From an uncultured delta proteobacterium (lineage in GTDB: Bacteria; Desulfobacterota; Binatia; UBA9968): a stretch of DNA of 64,000 bases. A model generated the notes under the pieces. That model was not told the origin of the DNA. It made no database searches and worked only from the letters and a program-made list of their open reading frames with translations. Numbering within the stretch: the stretch's first letter is position 1; each line of letters begins with the position of its first letter. The translations under genes were made by a program, and so were the position numbers. The stretch covers positions 282,669 through 346,668 of the forward strand of contig CAWFJP010000002.1 in NCBI GenBank assembly GCA_963816145.1, given 5' to 3'. Positions 50,276 to 58,987 of the stretch are shown here, one piece after another.

Positions 50276-50728
50276 ATGATTCTCGACGGCACCATCGATC
50301 TTAACGCCCCGGTGGAAAAGGCCTGGGACTTTTTGATCGATATCAACAAATTTTCCACCTGCTTACCGGGTATCGACTCGGTGACGCAGATCGACGACAA
50401 GACCTTCGACGGGATCATTTCGGCGACGGTTGGGCCGATTTCCGGCAAGTTCAACTTTCGCTCGACGATCGTCGAGAGCATGCCGCCGGCGCAGATGGTG
50501 GTCAAGACCGAAGGCCAGGATACGGTGACCAAGAGCACGGTCAACGCCGACATGACGGTCGATCTGCGGCGGGTTTCCGACACTTCGTCGCAGATGGACT
50601 ACAAGGCCGATGTGAAAATCAAAGGCCGGCTGGGCATACTCGGCGATATGGTGTTGCGGGCGACGGCGACTTTGATTCTGCAAGAGTTCACCAAGAGACT
50701 GCATCAAGGGCTTGGCGCGCAGAGTTAA
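50276..50728 (+). CDS. CoxG/SRPBCC family protein (carbon monoxide dehydrogenase subunit G-like)
   Basis: MILDGTIDLNAPVEKAWDFLIDINKFSTCLPG..GPISGKFNF.. pattern typical of CoxG; 150 aa. Confidence 0.75.
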   Translation: MILDGTIDLNAPVEKAWDFLIDINKFSTCLPGIDSVTQIDDKTFDGIISATVGPISGKFNFRSTIVESMPPAQMVVKTEGQDTVTKSTVNADMTVDLRRVSDTSSQMDYKADVKIKGRLGILGDMVLRATATLILQEFTKRLHQGLGAQS

Positions 50729-50748
50729 TTTTAGTAAGGGATGGGGGA

Positions 50749-50816
50749 TAGATCTCGCACTGCGTTCGAGATGACAATCTAGCGACCCTGTCATTTCGAG
50801 CATAGCGAGAAATCTC
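50749..50816. repeat. palindromic repeat, family E (..TCGAGATGACA / TGTCATTTCGA..)
   Basis: AGATCTCGCACTGCGTTCGAGATGACA - ATCTAGCGACCC - TGTCATTTCGAGCATAGCGAGAAATCTC. Confidence 0.6.
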
Positions 50817-50863
50817 ATCGGGTCAGCAACGACAGACTGCGACAAAGCAACGAGGAGTTTTTC

Positions 50864-52375
50864 ATGGCGGATAAGTATGACGTAATCATAGTCGGCGGCG
50901 GTTCGGCCGGCTGCGTGGCAGCGACCCGGCTGTCGGAAGATCCCAATCGAAAAGTGTTGCTGCTCGAAGCGGGTCCTGATCCTTGGCCGCTGCCGGAGTT
51001 GGTTGCTGAGTCGAAGAACCAAACGCGCTTGTTGTTGGAGTCCGATTATGTCTCGATGTTCGGCACCCAGCGCCACTTAGACGGCAGCACGTACTATGCG
51101 CTCGCCGGCCGTATCATGGGCGGCGGGTCGTCGGTTAACGTCATGTCGGTGCTGCGGCCGCAGCGCTACGATTTGGATCAATGGGTGGCGGCGGGCAATC
51201 CGGATTGGACCTACGAGCGCTGTCTGCCGTTCATGAAGAAGATCGAGGCGGATCAAGATTTTCCCAACGACCCGATTCACGGCAAAGACGGGCCGCTCTA
51301 CGTCAAGCGCCAGTACACGCTCGACATGCCGATGTCGCCGCCGGCGCGGGCCTTCATCGACGCTGCCTACGCCATGGGATTGCCGAAGTGCCCGGACTTG
51401 AACGTCCCCGAGCCCTACGGTGTGTGCGCGTCGCCGTACAACATCAAAGACGGCAAGCGGCAGTCGACGGTGGTGGCGTATTTGAATAGCGCCCGTGAGC
51501 GGAAGAACCTGACGATCATCGACCAAGCCACCGTGCATACGCTGAAGCTCAACGGCAAAAAATGCGAAGGCGTCAATTATGAGTGCGACGGCCAAATGCA
51601 CAGCGCGCTCGGCGGACAGATCCTGCTGACCTCCGGAGTTTACGGATCACCGCAGATTCTCATGCTCACCGGCATCGGCGAGACGGAGCAGCTCAAGAAA
51701 CATAACATTCCACTGGTGCACGAGCTGAAGGGTGTCGGCGAGAATTATCAAGATCATCCGGTGGTCTTTATGACCTTTGAGGGGCCCAAGGAATCGAAGG
51801 AAGACTGGGTGGTGCCGCGCTTCCGTTTGATCATCCGTAAGAACCCGATCAGCGAAGCGGCTAATTTCCACATCAATATGCGGCCGCCGACGGAAGTGAC
51901 CGGCTTGAAGCGGATGATGCCGATCTCGGCGCATTTGCTTGAACAGCGCAATCGCGGCCGGGTGTTTTTACAAAGCGGCGATCCGCATGATCAGGTCGGC
52001 ATCGACTCCTGCATGCTCGAACATCCCGAGGATTTGAAAGCGATGGTCGAGGCGATGCAGTTCATTGACGAGTTGGTGCACCGGCCGGAAGTGAAAGAAT
52101 ACTATGGCCCGCTGATCCAGCCGGGGCCGGGTGAAGACTGGGGCGAATTCGCGCGCAAGACCTACGATAGCTACCACCACGGCGTCGGCACATGTAAGAT
52201 GGGGCCGGCGAGCGATCCGATGGCGGTGGTCGATCAGCGTCTGCGCGTGCACGGCATTCAAAACCTCTGGGTTGGCGATGCGTCGATCATGCCGGTGGTG
52301 AGCCGGGCGAATACCAATCTCACTTCGATCATGATCGGCGAGCGCTTAGCGGATTTTGTCCAGGAGGTCGCTTAG
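50864..52375 (+). CDS. GMC-family FAD-dependent oxidoreductase (choline dehydrogenase-like)
   Basis: YDVIIVGGGSAGCVAATRLSEDPNRKVLLLEAG, plus C-terminal HHGVGTCKMG and VGDASIMP signatures. Confidence 0.88.
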   Translation: MADKYDVIIVGGGSAGCVAATRLSEDPNRKVLLLEAGPDPWPLPELVAESKNQTRLLLESDYVSMFGTQRHLDGSTYYALAGRIMGGGSSVNVMSVLRPQRYDLDQWVAAGNPDWTYERCLPFMKKIEADQDFPNDPIHGKDGPLYVKRQYTLDMPMSPPARAFIDAAYAMGLPKCPDLNVPEPYGVCASPYNIKDGKRQSTVVAYLNSARERKNLTIIDQATVHTLKLNGKKCEGVNYECDGQMHSALGGQILLTSGVYGSPQILMLTGIGETEQLKKHNIPLVHELKGVGENYQDHPVVFMTFEGPKESKEDWVVPRFRLIIRKNPISEAANFHINMRPPTEVTGLKRMMPISAHLLEQRNRGRVFLQSGDPHDQVGIDSCMLEHPEDLKAMVEAMQFIDELVHRPEVKEYYGPLIQPGPGEDWGEFARKTYDSYHHGVGTCKMGPASDPMAVVDQRLRVHGIQNLWVGDASIMPVVSRANTNLTSIMIGERLADFVQEVA

Positions 52376-52382
52376 CGACCTC

Positions 52383-52513
52383 GGTTCAAGAGTTCAAGGT
52401 TCAAAGGTTCAAGGTTTTCGGATAAGAATTGGAAGTTGCGGAACCTAGAGCTTGGATTGGTACTCTGGCAGCGGGGCTTTGAGGTTGAACTTTTGAATCC
52501 TTGAACCTTGAAC
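52383..52513. repeat. long palindromic tandem-word repeat, family B (GGTTCAAG word)
   Basis: Left arm GGTTCAAGAGTTCAAGGTTCAAAGGTTCAAGG. Right arm GAGGTTGAACTTTTGAATCCTTGAACCTTGAAC. Core contains GGATAAGAATTGG. Confidence 0.7.
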
Positions 52514-52536
52514 GATTCTAATTTGAGGAGGTTCTC

Positions 52537-53046
52537 ATGTCCGACTATCCATTGACCGCTGCGGCGATCAAGAATGAATTCAAACGCGCCGGCATCCAGT
52601 TCGTTGTCGCGCTGCCGGATCGCGTGACGAGTCATCATTTGCTCAAAGGCCTGATCGCCGATCCCGATTACAAAGTCGTCCAGGTCTGTAAAGAAGACGA
52701 GGGCGTGTCAATTTGCAGCGGTCTGTACGCCGCCGGCCATAAGTCGGTGTTGATGATGCAGTACACCGGCTTCCTCGATTCCATCAACTCGATCCGCGGT
52801 ATCGCCGTCGAAGGCAAATTCCCCGTCTGCATCGTCGTTGGCTTGCTCGGCAAGGAGCCCGATGTCGCGCCGTCCAAGTCGAAGAAGTATGGCGTCAAGA
52901 TCATCGAACCGATCTGCGAGGTCATGGGCCTTGAGCATTGTCTTGTCGAACGGGACGCCGATACGCCAAAAATATTTTCCGCCATCGAAAAATCGTTCGC
53001 CAACTCGTCGCCGAGCGTAATTATGATCGGAAGGGAGCCGCGCTAA
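52537..53046 (+). CDS. TPP-dependent decarboxylase, alpha (PYR-domain) subunit, sulfopyruvate/phosphonopyruvate decarboxylase-like
   Basis: 169 aa. GIQFVVALPD..., CKEDEGVSICSGLYAAG and MMQYTGF resemble ComD-type subunits. Confidence 0.65.
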   Translation: MSDYPLTAAAIKNEFKRAGIQFVVALPDRVTSHHLLKGLIADPDYKVVQVCKEDEGVSICSGLYAAGHKSVLMMQYTGFLDSINSIRGIAVEGKFPVCIVVGLLGKEPDVAPSKSKKYGVKIIEPICEVMGLEHCLVERDADTPKIFSAIEKSFANSSPSVIMIGREPR

Positions 53047-53047
53047 C

Positions 53048-53614
53048 ATGATGAAGCGAGATGAGATGCTGAAAGCCTTTGCGCGCCAGCGCAAAGATGA
53101 AATCGTTGTAGCGGTGTACATGGCGGCCCAGGAGATCACGCATATCTCGCCGAGCGAACTCAACTACACCTTCATCGGCGCCATGGGACAGGGGTCGTCT
53201 CATGCGCTGGGCTTGGCGCTGGGCCGGCCGGACAAGAAAGTCGTCGTGTTCGACGGCGACGGCAGCTTGTTGATGAATCTGGGTTCGCTGGTGACCATCG
53301 GCAATCAAGCGCCGAAGAATTATATTCATTGCTTATGCGAAAACGGCTGCTACGAAACCAACGGTTCGGTGCTGACGCCCAACTCGGGAAACATCCGCTT
53401 TGCCGAGTTCGCCAAGACCGCCGGCTACAAGAAAACTTACGAGATCGCCGACCTCGCCGAGTGGGAACAGAAGCTGCCGGAAATTCTCAAGGCTGAGGGG
53501 CCGGTCTTCGTTACGCTGAAAGTCGAGCCGGGCGAAGCCTACCCCGAGAACTTCCCGCGCCTCTACAGCACCGAACACCGGGAAAAGTTTCGCCAGACGC
53601 TGGCCAAGAGTTGA
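53048..53614 (+). CDS. TPP-dependent decarboxylase, beta (PP-domain) subunit
   Basis: GAMGQGSSHALGLAL...VVVFDGDGSLLMNLGSL...N TPP-binding motif; 188 aa. Starts 1 nt after the alpha subunit stop. Confidence 0.68.
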   Translation: MMKRDEMLKAFARQRKDEIVVAVYMAAQEITHISPSELNYTFIGAMGQGSSHALGLALGRPDKKVVVFDGDGSLLMNLGSLVTIGNQAPKNYIHCLCENGCYETNGSVLTPNSGNIRFAEFAKTAGYKKTYEIADLAEWEQKLPEILKAEGPVFVTLKVEPGEAYPENFPRLYSTEHREKFRQTLAKS

Positions 53615-53675
53615 TGTCTTAAGGTCATTCGCGGTAAGGGTTGAAATCCCTTGTCTTCAGGCGAAGCGAAGATAT

Positions 53676-53783
53676 GTCATGCCGGCGACAGCCGGCATCC
53701 ATGTTCGCATGCGCTGCAGGGCCGAAGAAAACCTGGATTCCGGCCCCGGATCACGTCCGGGGCAGGCTCTACGCCGGAATGAC
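53676..53783. repeat. double-hairpin intergenic repeat, family D, with expanded right-arm loop
   Basis: GTCATGCCGGCGACAGCCGGCATCCA ... TGGATTCCGGC[CCCGGATCACGTCCGGGG..]GCCGGAATGAC. Confidence 0.7.
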
Positions 53784-53836
53784 AAATTATAGTCAGGACT
53801 TTAGCCTACCCGTCGCCGCCGCGTGATTGCTCATCT

Positions 53837-54712
53837 ATGACGTCGGAAGCGACGGCGCAAATTCTCGCGCTCATCACCTCGGTCTTCTACGCTGCGGCGC
53901 TGGTGTCGGCGCGGGCGGGCATGCGCTACTCGACACCGACAACGGTGACCCTGGTCTCGATCCTGATGCAAAATTTGCTGCTGTGGACGGCGGTGTTCGT
54001 CACCGGCGGCGTTCATGCGGTGCCGCTGACGGGCATCTTGTTATTTACCCTGGTCGGGGTTTTTCAGTTGGGCGTGCGCCTGTTCGCCTACACCGGGGTC
54101 GAGAAGATCGGCGCTTCGCGCAGCAGCGCGCTGCAGTCGGTCAGTCCACTGTTCAGCGCAACCATCGCGATCTTGGTCCTCGGCGAGCAGACTTCGACGC
54201 TGATCGTTCTCGGCACCTTACTCGTGGTATTGGGTATCATTCTGGTGTCGTGGAAACCCGAGCGTGAGATCGCTAGTTTCCGTCGCTGGCATCTGCTGCT
54301 GCCCATCGGCGCGGCGTTTCTCACCGGCATGAACCACCCGATTCGCCGCTATGTTTTGACCATGGCCAACGAGCCGTTGTTTTTCTCCGCGCTTATGGGC
54401 TTGGTGTCGTTCGCTGGATTCTTAATTTATTTGGCAGTGTCGCCGCGCTCGCAGCGGCTGGTGTGGAATCGCCAGGCGCTAAGGCCGTTTCTCACCACCG
54501 GATTGTCCGAAACTTTTTCGATCTTATGCATCATTACCGCCATCAGTCTGGGCCGGGTCGTGATCGTCGCGCCGATCGCCGCGAGTTATCCGGTCTGGTC
54601 GCTGGTATTCGCGGCGCTGTTTTTGCGCGATGTCGAAGCGGTCAATTGGAAGGTGATCGTCGGCATTATCAGCGTGGTGGCGGGGAACTTTGCGATTCAT
54701 TTGGGCCGATGA
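53837..54712 (+). CDS. DMT-superfamily (EamA-like) transporter
   Basis: 291 aa with about 10 TM segments in two homologous halves. Confidence 0.72.
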   Translation: MTSEATAQILALITSVFYAAALVSARAGMRYSTPTTVTLVSILMQNLLLWTAVFVTGGVHAVPLTGILLFTLVGVFQLGVRLFAYTGVEKIGASRSSALQSVSPLFSATIAILVLGEQTSTLIVLGTLLVVLGIILVSWKPEREIASFRRWHLLLPIGAAFLTGMNHPIRRYVLTMANEPLFFSALMGLVSFAGFLIYLAVSPRSQRLVWNRQALRPFLTTGLSETFSILCIITAISLGRVVIVAPIAASYPVWSLVFAALFLRDVEAVNWKVIVGIISVVAGNFAIHLGR

Positions 54713-54733
54713 TCGACTATGAGAAGAACGGAG

Positions 54734-54811
54734 CTCACCACGAAGAGCGCGAAGGACACGAAGGTTTGGGATAATTGTTCTGAGCTTCGCGCTCTTCGCG
54801 TCCTTCGTGGT
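54734..54811. repeat. palindromic tandem-word repeat, family A (CACGAAG word)
   Basis: CTCACCACGAAG AGCGCGAAG GACACGAAG G - TTTGGGATAATTGTTCTGAG - CTTCGCGCT CTTCGCGTC CTTCGTGGT. Confidence 0.72.
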
Positions 54812-54884
54812 AAATTTATTTCTGGCAACTCGGACTTGTGACACATTCGTGGCTCGAATAGGATCGCTTGTGGGAGACGCTAAC

Positions 54885-55511
54885 ATGAAACTTTACGATA
54901 TCTCTTTGACCCTTTCGCCGGAGTCGATTCGTTGGGTGACGGCACAGCCGCTGGAGTTGATCGGGCGCAAGCGCATGAGCAAGGGCGACACCAACAACTC
55001 GTCATCGATTCACACCAGCGTCCATGCCGGCACTCACGTCGACGCGCCGTTCCACTTTTTGCCGGATGGGATCACCATTGAGGCTTTGCCCTTGGAGACT
55101 TTTATCGGCCCGGCGCGGGTGTGCGCCGCCGAACCCGGCACGCATATTACCGCCGCCGATGTCGCCAAGGCAAATCTCCAGGGCGAAGCCCGAGTGCTGT
55201 TCAAGACACGCAACTCGCAGCTCCTGAAGAAGGGGGTCTACGATGCCAGCTTTGCGCCTTTCTCCGTTGACGGCGCCAAGGCTCTGGTCGACCTCGGGGT
55301 AAAATTGGTCGGGCTCGATTACCTGTCCGCCGCCGGAGCAAGCGAACAGGTGCCGGTGCATCGCGCGTTCCTCGATCATGGCGTGATCTTGCTCGAAGGT
55401 GTCGACCTGTCCGAAGTGCCGCCGGGGCGCTACGAACTCTTCTGCCCGCCGGTGAAACTCGCCGGCTCCGATGGCGCGCCATGCCGGGCGGTGCTGCGGG
55501 AGCTGGCGTGA
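54885..55511 (+). CDS. cyclase-family protein (arylformamidase/kynurenine formamidase-like)
   Basis: ATG 54885. HTSVHAGTHVDAPFHF metal-binding motif and C-terminal ..LLEGVDL.. Confidence 0.78.
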   Translation: MKLYDISLTLSPESIRWVTAQPLELIGRKRMSKGDTNNSSSIHTSVHAGTHVDAPFHFLPDGITIEALPLETFIGPARVCAAEPGTHITAADVAKANLQGEARVLFKTRNSQLLKKGVYDASFAPFSVDGAKALVDLGVKLVGLDYLSAAGASEQVPVHRAFLDHGVILLEGVDLSEVPPGRYELFCPPVKLAGSDGAPCRAVLRELA

Positions 55512-55532
55512 ATGTCGCACATCGGATCTATT

Positions 55533-55614
55533 CACCACGAAGGACACGAAGTGCACGAAGGTCGGAGTTATAATTATCCGAACCCTTCGTGTCCTTCGTG
55601 CTCTTCGTGGTGAG
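55533..55614. repeat. palindromic tandem-word repeat, family A (CACGAAG word)
   Basis: TCACCACGAAG GACACGAAG TGCACGAAG G - TCGGAGTTATAATTATCCGAAC - CCTTCGTGTC CTTCGTGCT CTTCGTGGTGA. Confidence 0.72.
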
Positions 55615-55647
55615 ATCGACTTTTCCCTCAAGCTAGAAAAATAGGAC

Positions 55648-56505
55648 ATGATTCAATTCACACCTTCGATCATCGTTCATGGCGGTGCGGGGCCGATCAA
55701 AGACGACAGTCTGGCGGCGCGGCGTGAGGGCTGCAAGGCGGCGGCGCTGGCGGGGTGGGAGATTCTCTGCGCCGGCGGCAGCGCCGTCGATGGCGCCGAA
55801 GCCGCGGTGGCCGTCCTTGAGGATGATCCGCTGTTCAATGCCGGGACCGGTTCCACCCTCAACAGTTTGGGTCAAGTCGAGATGGATGCGGCGATCATGG
55901 AGGGCGCGACGCTGCGCGCCGGTGCTGTGGCAGCGGTCAAGGGTATCAAGAATCCCATTAAGCTGGCGCGCCGCGTGCTCGAAGATGGCCGGCATATCTT
56001 GATCGCCGGTGAAGGCGCCTCGCTGTTCGCCCGCGCTATAGAATTCCCGGAATGCGATCCCGCCGCGTTGATTGTCGAAAGCGAAAAACTGCGCTGGAAC
56101 AGCAAGCATGGGACTGTCGGCTGTGTCGCTTTCGATCAAGACGGCAGATTCGCCGCCGCGACTTCCACCGGCGGTATCTTCAACAAGCTTCCCGGCCGCG
56201 TCGGCGACTCGCCGCTGATCGGCTGCGGCACCTACGCGAATAAGTTCGGCGCGGTCTCATGCACGGGGTACGGTGAAGCGATCATTCGCGTCCTGATGGC
56301 GCGCGATGCCGTGCAGTTGCTCCAGGACGGCATCGAGCCCACCGAAGCCGCGGGCATGGTGTTAGATAATCTTAAAGATTTGACCGGTAGCACCGCCGGC
56401 TTGATTCTCGTCGACGCCCGCGGTCGGGTCGGCTTCGGGCGCAACACGACACATATGCCGGTGTGCTATGTCACCGTCGGCAGCGACCCGAAAACTGCTG
56501 TGTGA
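55648..56505 (+). CDS. isoaspartyl peptidase / L-asparaginase (Ntn hydrolase)
   Basis: IIVHGGAG, DPLFNAGTGS, autoprocessing site HGTVGCVA, and TSTGG. Confidence 0.85.
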   Translation: MIQFTPSIIVHGGAGPIKDDSLAARREGCKAAALAGWEILCAGGSAVDGAEAAVAVLEDDPLFNAGTGSTLNSLGQVEMDAAIMEGATLRAGAVAAVKGIKNPIKLARRVLEDGRHILIAGEGASLFARAIEFPECDPAALIVESEKLRWNSKHGTVGCVAFDQDGRFAAATSTGGIFNKLPGRVGDSPLIGCGTYANKFGAVSCTGYGEAIIRVLMARDAVQLLQDGIEPTEAAGMVLDNLKDLTGSTAGLILVDARGRVGFGRNTTHMPVCYVTVGSDPKTAV

Positions 56506-56681
56506 AGCAACCGAGACGAACGATCAACATCCGGCCGAACCCTGCCGGAAGTGCTCGGTGAAGTTCTTACTAGAAAATCTTACAGCCGGGAGGGATGTCG
56601 TTGCGCAGGGGAATGAAAACCGCTATTTACGACCGGTGTTATCAACGCCGTTTTTGTAAGTTGACAAGCCGGACTAGATAA

Positions 56682-57629
56682 ATGGCAATGGCCCAACGCC
56701 GCATAATTTGTATCGTCGGCATGCACCGCAGCGGTACGTCGATGATTGCACGTATGCTCAATATTTGCGGTTTGGATCTCGGGCCCGCAGATCGCTTACT
56801 CAAGGCTGACAAAGCCAACCCATTAGGCCATTTCGAGCACCGTGGGTTCCTCGACATCGACCGCAAACTGCTGAAACACTTTCACGCCACTTGGCAAGAT
56901 CCGCCGGACTTGCCGGCAAGATGGGAAGACGATCCCAGCTTGCACTCACTGCTGCGCCAGGCTCGCGCCCTGGCGGCGAGCTTTCCAGCGGAGAATTCAT
57001 GGGGTTGGAAGGATCCACGAGCCAGTTTGTTTTTACCATTCTGGCGCAAAGCGATTCCGGACATGCGTTTTCTTATATGCCTGCGCAACCCTCTGGAGGT
57101 GGCGAGGTCATTAGAAAAACGCAACGGCATGGGCCTCGAGCACGGCGCTCGGCTTTGGTATTGGTATACCCTTTTGTCCTTGACCGATACGCAAAAATAC
57201 CCCAGGTTGTTTTCGTTGTTTGACGATTATTTCGAAAGCAGAGGCGAGGAAGTCCGGCGGGTGCTTGCTTTTTGCGGTCTTGGAGACTTCAAGCACACCG
57301 CGCTTCTTGAGTCGGCCATCGCCGGCGAATTGCGCCATCATGAGAGCAGTGATCAGCTATTGCGCGACGAACCTGCGATCCCGGTGGAATGCAAGAAACT
57401 TTACCTGGGTTTGCGCACCATCCTGGCGCAGAAGGATCTGCGGAATACCACTGGAGAGGAAACTAAAAGCGCGGCACTGTCGTCCGCTGTCAATGCCTTC
57501 GCGGCGGAATTCGATGCCCAGGCGGGGTTCAGCTATTTTTTGCGGTATCGTTCGACCAGCGCTCAAAGTTCACAGCGCGGGAAAGGACTACAGAAATTTT
57601 TGCGAACTCTGCGCGGGCATTCTACGTAA
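56682..57629 (+). CDS. sulfotransferase family protein
   Basis: N-terminal PAPS 5'-phosphosulfate-binding loop IVGMHRSGTSM and RNPLEV(A)RS 3'-phosphate motif. Confidence 0.68.
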   Translation: MAMAQRRIICIVGMHRSGTSMIARMLNICGLDLGPADRLLKADKANPLGHFEHRGFLDIDRKLLKHFHATWQDPPDLPARWEDDPSLHSLLRQARALAASFPAENSWGWKDPRASLFLPFWRKAIPDMRFLICLRNPLEVARSLEKRNGMGLEHGARLWYWYTLLSLTDTQKYPRLFSLFDDYFESRGEEVRRVLAFCGLGDFKHTALLESAIAGELRHHESSDQLLRDEPAIPVECKKLYLGLRTILAQKDLRNTTGEETKSAALSSAVNAFAAEFDAQAGFSYFLRYRSTSAQSSQRGKGLQKFLRTLRGHST

Positions 57630-57994
57630 ACCACCGTCCATCGCCGATGGCGAGGTGGCGCCGACGACATCGGCAAAGGCTTAGACGCGGTTGATGCGCG
57701 TCGACCACGTCAATCAAGATCGATCAAAAACCAAAGTTCGGTAGTCGCCTGCATCCCACCTTCGCTGTGATCAAGCCGCGATCGCCGCGCTGCTTTATCG
57801 ATCGATTTTCGCGACGTGCTGCAGGGCTTTTCTCAATGGGCTTAGACGCGATGATCAGACGCGCCGGACGTGAATCGAAGTGACGAAGGCCGCAGATTTG
57901 TGGTACAGCATGACAGTGTAACGACTGCGGTGGATGGCCGTAAAGGCGCCTTCGGTAGGCCGCCGGATTGTGCGTCTGCCGAGAGGAGGAAACA

Positions 57995-58948
57995 TTGGTC
58001 ATCGATTTCGAACATCACTATATTCCCGCCGAGCTTGGACGGAAGCTCGGTATGGACCCGACCAGGAAAGACGCGGTGCGGACCGGCGACGCGTCGATTC
58101 ACTCCCAGCTCTTCGATCTTGACGCGCAGATCGCCGACATGGATCGCGCCGGCATCGATATCGCCGTGCAGAGTTCGATTCTTGGCTGGGACACGACGTT
58201 GGAAAACTGCAGGCTGCTAAACGACTGCACGGCGCGGGCACAGCGGGAGTATCCTCAGCGTTTCGTCGGCCTGGCGCATTTGCCGCCGCTCGACGGCGCC
58301 GACGCGCTCGCCGAGCTGGAGCGCGCCGTCGGCGTGCTGGGATTGAAAGGCGTAACCATCTCGTCGCAGGCCAAGGGACTGTCCCTCGACGCCAAGGAGT
58401 TCACGCCGTTTTACGATGTCGTGAACCGGCTTCGAGTACCGATCTTCGTCCATCCGGCGCTCGGCCCCAAGGGGTATGACTTGATGAAGGACTATATGTT
58501 GCCGGTGATTCTCACCCGCGAGTTCGACCTCGGCGTGGCGGTGACCCGCCTGATCGCCGGCGGTGTGGTGGAACGGTATCCCGATTTGCAATTTGTCTTC
58601 GCTCACTTCGGCGGCGGCTTGGCCGGCTACAAGGAGCGCATCTCGCGCTCGTCCTATCGTTTCAAGTTGCCCAAATCGTTTGACGACTATTTCAACCAAC
58701 TCTATTTCGACATGGCGGGATTCGAAGGCAGCCCGATTGCGCTGCGGTGCGCGCTCGAAGTGATCAAGCCGGAGCGCATGCTGTTCGCCACCGATTATCC
58801 GCAGAACTTCAATGCCAGCAATCCTGAACAAGGCAAGAGCATTGACGGCGTCGGCGACTATATCGCCGAGATCCGCGGGTTGGCGCTCGATGGACAAATC
58901 AAAGAGGATATGTTGGGTGGAACGGCGGCGCGATTGCTGAAGATTTAA
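57995..58948 (+). CDS. amidohydrolase-2 family protein (ACMSD-like metal-dependent hydrolase/decarboxylase)
   Basis: ORF 57968..58948. In-frame TTG 57995 is preceded by GGAGGA. IDFEHHY, VHP, HFGGG and ATDYP metal-ligand contexts. Confidence 0.72.
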   Translation: MVIDFEHHYIPAELGRKLGMDPTRKDAVRTGDASIHSQLFDLDAQIADMDRAGIDIAVQSSILGWDTTLENCRLLNDCTARAQREYPQRFVGLAHLPPLDGADALAELERAVGVLGLKGVTISSQAKGLSLDAKEFTPFYDVVNRLRVPIFVHPALGPKGYDLMKDYMLPVILTREFDLGVAVTRLIAGGVVERYPDLQFVFAHFGGGLAGYKERISRSSYRFKLPKSFDDYFNQLYFDMAGFEGSPIALRCALEVIKPERMLFATDYPQNFNASNPEQGKSIDGVGDYIAEIRGLALDGQIKEDMLGGTAARLLKI

Positions 58949-58987
58949 TTCGACCGCGCGCCGAAAACGATCTAAGAGAGGATTATC

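Noticed and set aside
53641-53826. 61-codon ORF, and ORFs 59512..59893 in several frames
   Set aside because: They are translations straight through the palindromic repeat elements (families A and D). The same peptide-like strings recur wherever the repeat occurs, in either orientation.
54734-55614. Tandem-word arrays as a CRISPR array
   Set aside because: The units are only 7-9 bp and directly abut without spacers. They occur as inverted pairs, and no cas genes are present.
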